From the NCBI GenBank assembly GCA_041694835.1, contig JBGFRZ010000012.1, forward strand, positions 1 through 48,876: a stretch of 48,876 bases of DNA, in the 5' to 3' direction. Source of the DNA: Ignavibacteria bacterium. Its GTDB lineage: Bacteria; Elusimicrobiota; Endomicrobiia; PHAN01. The notes under the pieces were generated by a model. That model was given only the letters and a program-made list of their open reading frames with translations, did not search any database and was not told the DNA's origin. The position numbers and the translations under genes are program-made. Positions 1 through 8,825 of this stretch are shown piece by piece. Numbering within the stretch: position 1 is the stretch's first letter; the number at the start of each line of letters is the position of its first letter.

Positions 1-186
1 ATCATTTCCATTTTTATCTTAAAGAAATTGAGTTTCGTTTTAATCATAGAACTGAAAATTTGTTCTTTCTATTCGCTAAGTTATTAACAAAATTTAGTCC
101 AAATCTTACTTAATTACCAAAAATTATTACGGGTCGCAGATTCAACGGATTTTTGAATATCAATGTCTTTTCATATTTCAATTTTT

Positions 187-1350
187 TTAAAATTTTGTTT
201 CTTCGACTATCTTTATCGCCTTCCATAATTCTTTAATGCACACTTTCCTATTTAAGAACCTCATGCTTTCGGCTGGTGAGACGGCAACTCTCATAGCTTC
301 TTTTAATCCGTTGAAAGTCAAATTTTTCAAACCAAGGTGTCTTATGCTATAGGGAATGCGGCATCTCCTGTAAAACATGGAGAGTTCCCCGAAATCTTCG
401 TATTTATTTTCAAGCACCGACTGAACAAGTAAGCCCCATCCTACCCTGTGTCCATGAAGCGATTTTTTTGTAAAATCGTTAAAAGTCAGTCCGTTGGCGA
501 GGGCATGCGCTCCGACAGCTCGGCAGCCTTTCCCGCCGATACCACTCACCAGGCCGGTTAAAACGATGGCGGCATAGATTAATCTCTTAAATTCCTCGTT
601 TGGCTTTTTCAAGCGAATCGCCGAAAGCGCTGATTCGGAAAATTCAAAGATATCATCGCGTATGGCGCGGCTGAGCATAAACGCCGTCAAGACAAAACTA
701 CTTTCGGCGAACAAGGGGTGGGAGTTTATAAACGCGGCGGTCTCATAATACTTCGCAAGAGCATCGGTAATGCCGCTTGTAAAAAGTCTAACGGGTTGGT
801 TGAACAATATATCATAGTCGATTACGCAGACATCCGGTGCTTTTTTCAAATTGATTGTTTTGAACTTCCTTCCATCCTGATGATAAGTCGGAGAGATGGA
901 GGTAAAAGCGGCGCAGGTGGCTGACGATGTCGGAACTGTCATTAGTTTCGAACCTAATTTCTGCGCGACAATTTTCGATGTGTCTATGATTTTTCCGCCA
1001 CCAATTGCTACGATTGTTTCTGTATTTAATCCGCCCAACAGATTTGTAATTCTTGCCACCTCATCTAAACTACACTCGCCTCTGAAATATACAACTTTGG
1101 GTTTTAATTTATAAATTCCATCAAGATGATTTTTGAATTTTTCTTCTATCTTTCTTTCAACAATCAGCGCGGAACGTCTGTTGGTGAGTGATATTATCTT
1201 TTCATCGTTAAGAAGGGAGTTTCCCTCGAAAAGAAGGGATGGGGCTATGCGGTAGGCGTTTACCCTGTTAGAAATTTCAACTGGATTGCAGTATCCGCCG
1301 AAACTCCTGGTTTTCTTTCGAATAACCTTATAATTTCTGACGGGGTTCAA
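187..1350 (-). CDS. Glycerol dehydrogenase-like / iron-containing alcohol dehydrogenase family
   Basis: AIGGGKIIDTSK, VPTS, GITDALAK and HALANG/LHGHRVG metal-binding motifs. A TTG at 1350 overlaps the msbA stop. About the first 29 codons come from a palindromic insert. Confidence 0.8.
   Translation of the reverse strand: MNPVRNYKVIRKKTRSFGGYCNPVEISNRVNAYRIAPSLLFEGNSLLNDEKIISLTNRRSALIVERKIEEKFKNHLDGIYKLKPKVVYFRGECSLDEVARITNLLGGLNTETIVAIGGGKIIDTSKIVAQKLGSKLMTVPTSSATCAAFTSISPTYHQDGRKFKTINLKKAPDVCVIDYDILFNQPVRLFTSGITDALAKYYETAAFINSHPLFAESSFVLTAFMLSRAIRDDIFEFSESALSAIRLKKPNEEFKRLIYAAIVLTGLVSGIGGKGCRAVGAHALANGLTFNDFTKKSLHGHRVGWGLLVQSVLENKYEDFGELSMFYRRCRIPYSIRHLGLKNLTFNGLKEAMRVAVSPAESMRFLNRKVCIKELWKAIKIVEETKF
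1262..1346. repeat. CCCCG-family palindromic element (ACCCYGTYAGAAATT...AATTTCTRACRGGGT)
   Basis: 15-bp inverted repeat at 1262-1276 / 1332-1346 with two mismatches, both G.T on the + strand. Confidence 0.8.
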
Positions 1351-3065
1351 AGTAACTGCAGCTGGCATATACGGTGATATATTCCTTTCTGCTCGAGCAG
1401 TTCTTCGTGGGTACCCTCCTCAACCAGAGAACCTGATTCAATCACGAGTATTCTGTCGGCTCTTTTGACGCTGGAAAGTCTGTGGGCGATCATAAGAACG
1501 GTCCGTTCAGCCATTAGGTTTTCTAAAGCTTCGGAAACAAGTTTTTCCGATTCGGAGTCGAGAGAACTTGTGGCCTCGTCAAGAATAAGGAGCGGTGCAT
1601 TTTTCAAAATAGCGCGGGCTATGGCGATTCTTTGTTTCTGACCGCCGGAGAGCTTCGTGCCCCTCTCGCCTACAACATTGTCATACGCTTGAGGAAATTT
1701 CTCGATAAACTGATGGGCATTTGCCCTTTTTGCCGCTTCAAGAATCTCATCATCCGCGGCATCTGGATTCCCGTACGCTATGTTGTATTTTACGCTCTCA
1801 TTGAAAAGAACTATATCCTGAGTGACGAGAGCGATGTGTTTTCTCAGCGAAGTCAGCGTCAGATCTTTTATGTCCTCACCGTCTATTAAAATCCTCCCGC
1901 CCGTCACATCGTAAAACCTGAGTATAAGATGAGCCAGAGTGGTTTTTCCCGAGCCGGATGGACCGATAATGGCGATCTTTTCGCCTTTTTTTAAGGTAAA
2001 GTTCACGTTTTTTATAACCGGATGATTGTCATCATATGAGAAAATAACGTTGTCAAATTTTATTTCGCTTTCAAATTTATGAAGTTCTTTTGCGCCCGGT
2101 TTGTCGCTTATAGCGGATTTTTCGTCCAAAATGTCGAATATTCTTTTTGCGCTCACGACCGTCTGCTGAAACAATGCGTTGGTGTTCGAAAAATTCTTGA
2201 GCGGTTTGTATATTGATAGCGCCGCGCCAAGAAATGCAAAGAACGCTCCGGACGTCCATGCACCATTAAGTACATCCATCGCCCCGTACCACACAATAAA
2301 CGTTATCGCCAATGACCCTATGAACTCCATTATAGGGCTTGATCTCGAATCGACTTTAACAAAATTCATCTGATGACCATAAAAAATCTCGTTCTCCCTT
2401 TGAAATCTTTTTTTCTCCGCTTCTTCCCTGATGAAAGATTTTATCACTGAAATACCGGAGATGCCCTCCTGAATCCTGTGGTATATCTCGGCTATCTGCT
2501 TCTGTCCTTTTTGCGCAGCGGCTCGCATCTTTTTCGCGAAATTGGCAAGAGGCAAAGCCACAATCGGAAAAACAATGAAGGCGATGAGCGCAAATTTAAA
2601 ATTTAGATAAAAAAGCAGCCCTATCAAAAATATGACTGTAAGCGTGTCGCCTATAAAACTTAAAGGCAGTCTGAGCAGTCCGTTTTGGATTACGTGGAGG
2701 TCGTTCGTCATGCGTGATATTATCTTCCCGCTTGGATTCCTATGATAAAAATCGTGAGAAAGCTCCATGAGCTTGCCGAAAAGGTCGTTTCTCAGACGTT
2801 GCGTTACACGTTGTCCAATATATTGCAGAAGATAACTCTGGCCGTAAAAAGCTAAACCCCTCACAAGCCATATAGAGGGTATCAGCCAAAGCATTTTATA
2901 AAGCATAGATAAATCCTTCAAGATAAAAACTCTGTCGATTACGGGTTTTATAAGCCACATGGAAACACCCATAAGCCCCGAGACTACTATCATGCAAATG
3001 CCGGCGGATATCAACCTTGATTTATAAGGAAAAATATACTTAAAAAGTCTTAAAAGCGATTTCAT
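1347..3065 (-). CDS. msbA: Lipid A export ABC transporter MsbA
   Basis: N-terminal TM domain plus NBD (GPSGSGKT, LSGGQKQR, LILDEATS); adjacent to lpxB. Confidence 0.88.
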   Translation of the reverse strand: MKSLLRLFKYIFPYKSRLISAGICMIVVSGLMGVSMWLIKPVIDRVFILKDLSMLYKMLWLIPSIWLVRGLAFYGQSYLLQYIGQRVTQRLRNDLFGKLMELSHDFYHRNPSGKIISRMTNDLHVIQNGLLRLPLSFIGDTLTVIFLIGLLFYLNFKFALIAFIVFPIVALPLANFAKKMRAAAQKGQKQIAEIYHRIQEGISGISVIKSFIREEAEKKRFQRENEIFYGHQMNFVKVDSRSSPIMEFIGSLAITFIVWYGAMDVLNGAWTSGAFFAFLGAALSIYKPLKNFSNTNALFQQTVVSAKRIFDILDEKSAISDKPGAKELHKFESEIKFDNVIFSYDDNHPVIKNVNFTLKKGEKIAIIGPSGSGKTTLAHLILRFYDVTGGRILIDGEDIKDLTLTSLRKHIALVTQDIVLFNESVKYNIAYGNPDAADDEILEAAKRANAHQFIEKFPQAYDNVVGERGTKLSGGQKQRIAIARAILKNAPLLILDEATSSLDSESEKLVSEALENLMAERTVLMIAHRLSSVKRADRILVIESGSLVEEGTHEELLEQKGIYHRICQLQLL

Positions 3066-3068
3066 GGT

Positions 3069-4262
3069 TTAACTAGTGCCAACTGTTTCCTTCATAATGT
3101 TTTCGGCCACCCTGATGGACGCGTCCGACGGATGAAGCATCTCGCGGATTCTCTTGAGCTTTTTTTTCACATCCCGCCGACCCGGGGGATTTTCGATGTA
3201 TCCGATGATTTTCTCGGATAGAATTTCAGGCGTGGAGTTTTCCTGCAGACATTCTGGAAAAACTTCATAATCAAGTAGAATGTTCGGAAGAGCCACATAT
3301 TTTGTCTTTATGAGTTTCTTCAATACCATGGCGTTCAGCCAGCCGATTTTATAGAAAATAACCGTCGGTATTTTGCATAGAGCCAGTTCCGTGGCAACCG
3401 TTCCCGAAACGCTCATAGCGATATCGATATCGGATTTTTTCATTGCGCCGTCATCTTCATAAACTATCCCTATTGAACTGCTGATACTCGTATATGCACG
3501 GTTGAGATTTTTCAAACCGAAAAGATGAAATGAAACTTTTTTATGCGGGAGTTTTCTTTTGATAATCTCCGCAACATCGTTGATTATCCCGATGTGCCTT
3601 TTTATAACGTGCGAGCGGCTGCCCGGGAAAAATCCGATTTTTACCGTATCGCCTTGCGGCGAATCTTCTTTTTCTTCAGCTATCTCAACCAAAGGATTCC
3701 CCACATAAATCGCTTTGATTTTTTCTTTTCTGTAAATCTCCTCTTCAAAAGGAAGTGTCAAAAAAACCTTATTGATGTATTTTTTTATATTTTCTATCCT
3801 GCCGTAACGGGATGCCCAAACCTGCGGCGGTATGTAGTAATAGACGGGAATGCTCAACTTGGAGGCGGCTTCAGCGATTTTTATGTTAAATCCGTAAAAA
3901 TCAACGAGGAGCGCTGCGGCGGGCTTTTGAGTGCGAAAATAATCTTTTACTTTTTTGAAAACACCATAAAGTCCCAAAACAGAAGCAAACGACAGCATAA
4001 AGCCGAAAGTTTCGAGCGAAACGGTATCGGCTATGAAATCTTCGGATACATCTTTCAGCTTTTCTCCACCGACCGAGGATATCGCAAAGCCGTGAATTTT
4101 TAGTTTTTCAGCAACCATGGCGGCGTGCAAATCACCTGATGGGTCCCCAGCCGAAATAAATATTTTTTTCGCCCTGTTAGAGATAGTTCCGATATATCGG
4201 GAGGTGTTATTTATAACCTTGCTTGATAAATTTTGTTCATATTGATTTATCATAACTATCAT
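3069..4262 (-). CDS. lpxB: Lipid-A-disaccharide synthase
   Basis: IFISAGDPSGDLH, PPQVWA, PFE, VGNPL, PGSR, SGT, LPNIL motifs. The first ~30 aa derive from an inserted element, so the start is uncertain. Confidence 0.92.
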   Translation of the reverse strand: MIVMINQYEQNLSSKVINNTSRYIGTISNRAKKIFISAGDPSGDLHAAMVAEKLKIHGFAISSVGGEKLKDVSEDFIADTVSLETFGFMLSFASVLGLYGVFKKVKDYFRTQKPAAALLVDFYGFNIKIAEAASKLSIPVYYYIPPQVWASRYGRIENIKKYINKVFLTLPFEEEIYRKEKIKAIYVGNPLVEIAEEKEDSPQGDTVKIGFFPGSRSHVIKRHIGIINDVAEIIKRKLPHKKVSFHLFGLKNLNRAYTSISSSIGIVYEDDGAMKKSDIDIAMSVSGTVATELALCKIPTVIFYKIGWLNAMVLKKLIKTKYVALPNILLDYEVFPECLQENSTPEILSEKIIGYIENPPGRRDVKKKLKRIREMLHPSDASIRVAENIMKETVGTS

Positions 4263-4476
4263 TTGTAAGATGAGCTCGTTGAAAAACCTTAATTTTTTGA
4301 ACGATTTGGCAGTTTCAAGTTAAAAGTTGAAATCGTTTAGACCGCAATGTCTGACGAGCAAAGCGAGGAGTTTTGCGGTCTGATTGAAACTTTTAACCGT
4401 TAAGAAACTGCCCTTTAAGTGAAAAAGATGGGTTTTTCAATAATCTCAAGATAACAAAATGTATCTCTAACGGGGT
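4171..4476. repeat. CCCCG-family palindromic element containing a nested MITE
   Basis: GCCCTGTTAGAGATA (4171-4185) pairs with TATCTCTAACGGGGT (4462-4476); same termini as 1262-1346. Confidence 0.8.
4272..4447. mobile_element. MITE-like foldback element with 5-bp target-site duplication
   Basis: Ends GAGnnnnTTGAAAAACC / GGTTTTTCAAnnnnCTC, three further nested stems, flanked by direct AAGAT at 4267-4271 and 4448-4452. Confidence 0.75.
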
Positions 4477-5415
4477 TCAACCATGCTTTATTATCTTAAG
4501 TATCTCGTGAACAACTTCAAGAGCGTCCCTTCCATGCTCTCCCGTGACAAGTGGTTTTTTTCCATGACTTACGCATTCCACGAAGTGGTTCAGTTCGCAT
4601 TCCAACTGGTCATAAACGGGTGGCTTCGGCTTTTCAATGACAATGTCTGAGAAACTTCTTGGGTTGGGGAGTCTTTTGCTGTAAACCTTTACGCCCTTTG
4701 AAGCATAGTCGATAGATATGTAGCTATCCGCCTGAAATATCCTTATTTTCCTCTGTTTTTCCAGGGATACACGGCTCGCCGTCAAATCGCAGACGCATCC
4801 GTTCTCGAACTTTATTCTGACTTTTGCCATATCCTCATGGTCTGTTAAAACCTTCGCTCCGATTGCGTCTATTTCTTTTATGGGACCATCTATAAGATAA
4901 AGGAGTATGTCTATGTCGTGGAGCATCAAATCCATAATGACGCCGATATGGCTGACACGGGGGCTAAACTCCCCTATTCTATGGGCTTCGACAAATTTCG
5001 GTTCTTTTATATAAGGTTTTGCCGCAACTATCGCCGGGTTGAATCTCTCTATATGCCCGACCTGCAATGTTAAATTTTTTGATTCGGAAATTTCTATTAA
5101 TTCTTCCGCATCCTCCACGGTGGAAGTAAAAGGTTTCTCGACGAAACAGTGGATGCCCTTTTCCAGAAGATTTTTAACTATGCTGTAATGCGTTGGAGTA
5201 GGTGTGACTATGATCGCGGCGGTAGGTTTTATCGTCAATTCGCTCAGTGATGTAAAATAACTTGCGTTATATTTTTTTCCTATTGTGAGAGCGCGGCTTT
5301 CGTCGGAATCCACAAGCCCGATAAATTCTATGTCTTTGTTCCGGGAGAGTATCCTTGCGTGATGCTGCCCCAGCTGTCCCGCCCCCACAAGCAGTATTTT
5401 TATTTTATCACTCAT
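4477..5415 (-). CDS. Gfo/Idh/MocA oxidoreductase, GnnA-like candidate
   Basis: VGAGQLG Rossmann motif, VEKP, VGHIERFNPA, DLMLHDID; lies within the lpx operon. Confidence 0.85.
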   Translation of the reverse strand: MSDKIKILLVGAGQLGQHHARILSRNKDIEFIGLVDSDESRALTIGKKYNASYFTSLSELTIKPTAAIIVTPTPTHYSIVKNLLEKGIHCFVEKPFTSTVEDAEELIEISESKNLTLQVGHIERFNPAIVAAKPYIKEPKFVEAHRIGEFSPRVSHIGVIMDLMLHDIDILLYLIDGPIKEIDAIGAKVLTDHEDMAKVRIKFENGCVCDLTASRVSLEKQRKIRIFQADSYISIDYASKGVKVYSKRLPNPRSFSDIVIEKPKPPVYDQLECELNHFVECVSHGKKPLVTGEHGRDALEVVHEILKIIKHG

Positions 5416-6253
5416 CTTTGTATCCATATACGGTGATATTTTTGACGGAGGCGAGATCCAATACTTTCTGTTTGTTAAATATAAGCGTCTTCTCCGCTTC
5501 GACGGCTATAACGCGAGCGCGGTTTGAAGCCAAGAGCTCAATTGTTTTTTCACCGATAACCGGCACATCAAATCTCATGTCCTGCTTTGGCCTTGCAACT
5601 TTAATGATTATGTTTCCATCTCCACTCAATTTATACGCCCTGGCGATCAACTCATCTGTTCCTTCAATCGCCTCCACCGCGACAACCGTACCTTTTTTTA
5701 CCGCAACGCTCTGACCGATATCAAATGAAGAAAGTCCTTTTGCCACCTTAAAGCCCAATCCGATGTCGTTTATTTCTCCGTGCAAAAGCCCTACATCGTT
5801 CAGGATGCCTGACCCTGCAAAAAGATGTTCGAGCCCCGCACATGAGCTAATAACCGCAACACCAATTTTTTTCAATTCGTTTATTAAGCCATACAATATG
5901 CTTTCAGCGCGTGTGTCGGGGAGTGTTCGGAAAAATTCAATGGCAGAATCGTCAAGTTTTTTCTGAAACAGATATTTATGATCTATTTTGCCGGCCAATA
6001 TCAAATCCTTTATATTTTTTTCGGTGATTATCCTGAAAATCTCCGAGAGACTTCCGAGTTCAATCCAAGAAACGTCCTTGGAAAATTTTTCTATTATAGC
6101 GGAGGTTTCGTTCTTAAACGCGATAACCGAGATTTCGTGTCCTTTCGAAGAAAGTTCATGGGCTATAATGACTGGAAAATCTCCGGCGCCGGCGAGTAGA
6201 AGTATCTTTTTGGGCGACTCCGACGGATTGGCGACATCCGATGAATTACTCAT
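5408..6253 (-). CDS. lpxI: UDP-2,3-diacylglucosamine diphosphatase LpxI
   Basis: AGAGDFP, DIGQSV, VEAIEGTD, KVARPKQDMRFDVPVIG motifs; downstream of lpxA. Confidence 0.88.
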   Translation of the reverse strand: MSNSSDVANPSESPKKILLLAGAGDFPVIIAHELSSKGHEISVIAFKNETSAIIEKFSKDVSWIELGSLSEIFRIITEKNIKDLILAGKIDHKYLFQKKLDDSAIEFFRTLPDTRAESILYGLINELKKIGVAVISSCAGLEHLFAGSGILNDVGLLHGEINDIGLGFKVAKGLSSFDIGQSVAVKKGTVVAVEAIEGTDELIARAYKLSGDGNIIIKVARPKQDMRFDVPVIGEKTIELLASNRARVIAVEAEKTLIFNKQKVLDLASVKNITVYGYKDE

Positions 6254-7040
6254 CTTCGGAAAATGTCTCCTTGTATCTTGGGTGGCAGACGCCTCTCTTC
6301 GATTTCGATATGAAATCCAAAAGCTCCATCACCGCCGGACACGGCTCCGATGCTGCTATCTGATCAAGCGCTTCCTGCATGGGGAGTCCGGAAACGAATA
6401 TGCTTTTGTAAGCGCTTTTTATTTCAGATATTACATCGGATGAAAAATGGTTTCTTTTAAGTCCGACTATGTTTAATCCTATCAGCTTGACTCTGTCCCC
6501 CTGCGCCTGACAGAATGGCGGGATATCCTGAGAGACCATCGCTCCTCCGCCTATCATCGCAAGTCGGCCTATCCTTACAAATTGATGAACTGCGACAAGC
6601 CCCGATATAATTGTGCCGTCCTGAACCTCGACATGCCCCCCCAACAGCGAACCATTCGCCAATATGACGCGATTCGCCACTTTACAGTCATGTGCCACAT
6701 GCGCAGACGCCATTAGATAACAGTTGTCGCCTATTTTTGTTGGCACATCGGGATTTGTCGCTCTGTGTATAGTCGAAAACTCCCTAATTGTGCAATTTTC
6801 TCCAACAATTACGTTCGTGGGTTTGAAGTCGTATCTCATATCCTGCGGTGGTGCGCCTATAACGGCATATGGAAATATTTTGTTGTTCGGGCCTATATTC
6901 GAGAACTCAATCCATGCATGATGTCCGACAGTTGTCCCTTGCCGAATCTCCGTGCCGGGACCTATGACCGCATAAGCGCCGATTTCTGCGGAAGGATGGA
7001 TTTTAGCCGATGGATCTATTAATGCCGTTGGATGAATCAT
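6246..7040 (-). CDS. lpxA: UDP-N-acetylglucosamine O-acyltransferase
   Basis: Hexapeptide repeats, PQD, IREF, HVAHDC, VHQFVRIG. Confidence 0.95.
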   Translation of the reverse strand: MIHPTALIDPSAKIHPSAEIGAYAVIGPGTEIRQGTTVGHHAWIEFSNIGPNNKIFPYAVIGAPPQDMRYDFKPTNVIVGENCTIREFSTIHRATNPDVPTKIGDNCYLMASAHVAHDCKVANRVILANGSLLGGHVEVQDGTIISGLVAVHQFVRIGRLAMIGGGAMVSQDIPPFCQAQGDRVKLIGLNIVGLKRNHFSSDVISEIKSAYKSIFVSGLPMQEALDQIAASEPCPAVMELLDFISKSKRGVCHPRYKETFSEDE

Positions 7041-8362
7041 AATTTACCACCCCCCTTTGAATTCTTGTCTACAAGGGCAAAGGAAAACTCGGCTTCCGTC
7101 ACAAGATTCCCGTCAACATATGCCTCGCCTTTCACTTTTCCGAATTTTTCGCGTGCTTTTAAAACCTCGATTTTTAGTTCAAGATAATCCCCCGGTCCCA
7201 CAGGCCTTCTGAACTTAGCGTTTTCTATCGACATAAAAAACGCTATTTTATCTCCCAAATCCGGGCGGGAGAGGAAAAGCACGCATGATGTTTGTGCGAG
7301 AGCTTCGACTATCAAAACCCCGGGCATAATGGGATTCCCAGGAAAATGCCCCTGGAAAAAAGGCTCGTTGCCGCTTACAGCCTTGTAGCCCATCGCTTTT
7401 TTTTCGGCATCCGTAATTATGACCTTGTCTATCATAAGAAATGGGTATCTGTGAGGTATAATCCGCTGAATTTTTTTCAAATCCAGAACTTCTCCGACTT
7501 TGATATCGACAGACATTTTTTCCTCCGGAAGAAGATTTTCTTCTATTAATTTTCTCACAAAGTTGATGTTGTGTTTGTGCCCGCTTCTTACGGCGGTGAT
7601 CTTCGCCTTTACAGGCATGCCCAAAAGATACAGATCGCCGACAAGATCCAACACTTTATGCCTTGCGCATTCGTCGTCAAATCTAAGGCCCCCTTCAATG
7701 TGATATCTGTCGGGGCATATGACGATGGTGTTCGTGAGAGCGCCGCCTTTTCCCAGTCCTTTGTTTTGAAGCGCCTCTATTTCGTAGTCAAAACAAAAAG
7801 TTCTTGCCGGCGCGATTGTTTCCGAGAATATCTCCGGCGTTATCTCGGAAACAAACCTTTGGCTTTTTATCATCGGGTGGTCGTAAATTATCGTGCAATC
7901 GATCTCAAGCTTCTCAGATGGCTCCGCTGTAATTGTCGTGTTGCCGTCTGTATATTCTATCCTTTTTGAAACATTGAAATAATTTTTGGGGACGGATTGC
8001 TCGACTATGCCGGCTTTTATGATTTCGTCGATATACGGCTTTGAACTTCCATCCAGAGCGGGAGGCTCAGTGTTATCCATATGAATGCAAATATTGTCTA
8101 TCTCCATCGCCGATATCGCCGCAAGTATATGCTCGACGGTGTGTATGTGAACCAGCTTGTCGCCTATCGTAGTTCCCCTTATTACCCCGAGGACATTTTT
8201 ATGGTCAAGGATAATTTTAGGTTTAGAGTTCAAATCCTCTCTTATAAAAACTGTCCCTGTATTTTCCGGGGCGGGGACAAATTTTATTTTTGTTTTATTG
8301 CCGGTATGCAGCCCGGGTCCGGACAATGTGAATTCTTTGGCTATAGTTTTTTGATTCACCAC
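7037..8362 (-). CDS. lpxC: Bifunctional LpxC deacetylase / FabZ dehydratase fusion
   Basis: N-terminal GLHTG, TVEH, DGSS, ARTF, RHKVLDLVGDL; C-terminal PHRYPFL, FFQGHFP, PGVLIVEALAQ. Confidence 0.95.
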   Translation of the reverse strand: MVNQKTIAKEFTLSGPGLHTGNKTKIKFVPAPENTGTVFIREDLNSKPKIILDHKNVLGVIRGTTIGDKLVHIHTVEHILAAISAMEIDNICIHMDNTEPPALDGSSKPYIDEIIKAGIVEQSVPKNYFNVSKRIEYTDGNTTITAEPSEKLEIDCTIIYDHPMIKSQRFVSEITPEIFSETIAPARTFCFDYEIEALQNKGLGKGGALTNTIVICPDRYHIEGGLRFDDECARHKVLDLVGDLYLLGMPVKAKITAVRSGHKHNINFVRKLIEENLLPEEKMSVDIKVGEVLDLKKIQRIIPHRYPFLMIDKVIITDAEKKAMGYKAVSGNEPFFQGHFPGNPIMPGVLIVEALAQTSCVLFLSRPDLGDKIAFFMSIENAKFRRPVGPGDYLELKIEVLKAREKFGKVKGEAYVDGNLVTEAEFSFALVDKNSKGGGKL

Positions 8363-8433
8363 ATTACCTTGCCCCCAATGAATTGGGTGTTGAGTCTCCG
8401 CAAATAGATTTCATAGGAGATGATATATTAAAT

Positions 8434-8819
8434 GGAACGCAGATGAAAAAAGATTTGAACCACGAAAGCGTGAAAACACGAAAATACTTGTAAAGAATTT
8501 TGTGATTTCTAATTTTCGTGATTTCGTGGTAAAGTTTTTAATCTGCGATAATCCTGTAAATCTGCGTCCTAAAAAATAATTGAACGCAGATGAACGCAGA
8601 TTTGACAAGAAGATTGACGCAGATGTTTTTGAAATCCATTGAATCTGCGAAAATCTGCGTCCTAAAATAGGGTTCACTGACGCTTTGCTAAAATTCACCA
8701 CAGAGGCACAGAGAAAAAACACAGAGATAATATCTCCATTGGCAATTTCTCTGTGATACTTTCATTTTTCTTTGTGTCTCTGTGGTAATTAGCATTTTAG
8801 TGTAGCGTCAGCAGCCCCT
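8434..8819. repeat. Cluster of nested palindromic elements (ACGCAGAT/ATCTGCGT, ACCACGAAA, ACCACAGAG types)
   Basis: Hairpins 8434-8569 (nesting 8458-8530), 8582-8662 and 8669-8819 (nesting 8697-8786). Confidence 0.8.
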
Positions 8820-8825
8820 TATTTA

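Noticed and set aside
8411-8722. 103-aa ORF between lpxD and lpxC
   Set aside because: It is a translation of palindromic repeats, with no RBS or recognisable domain.
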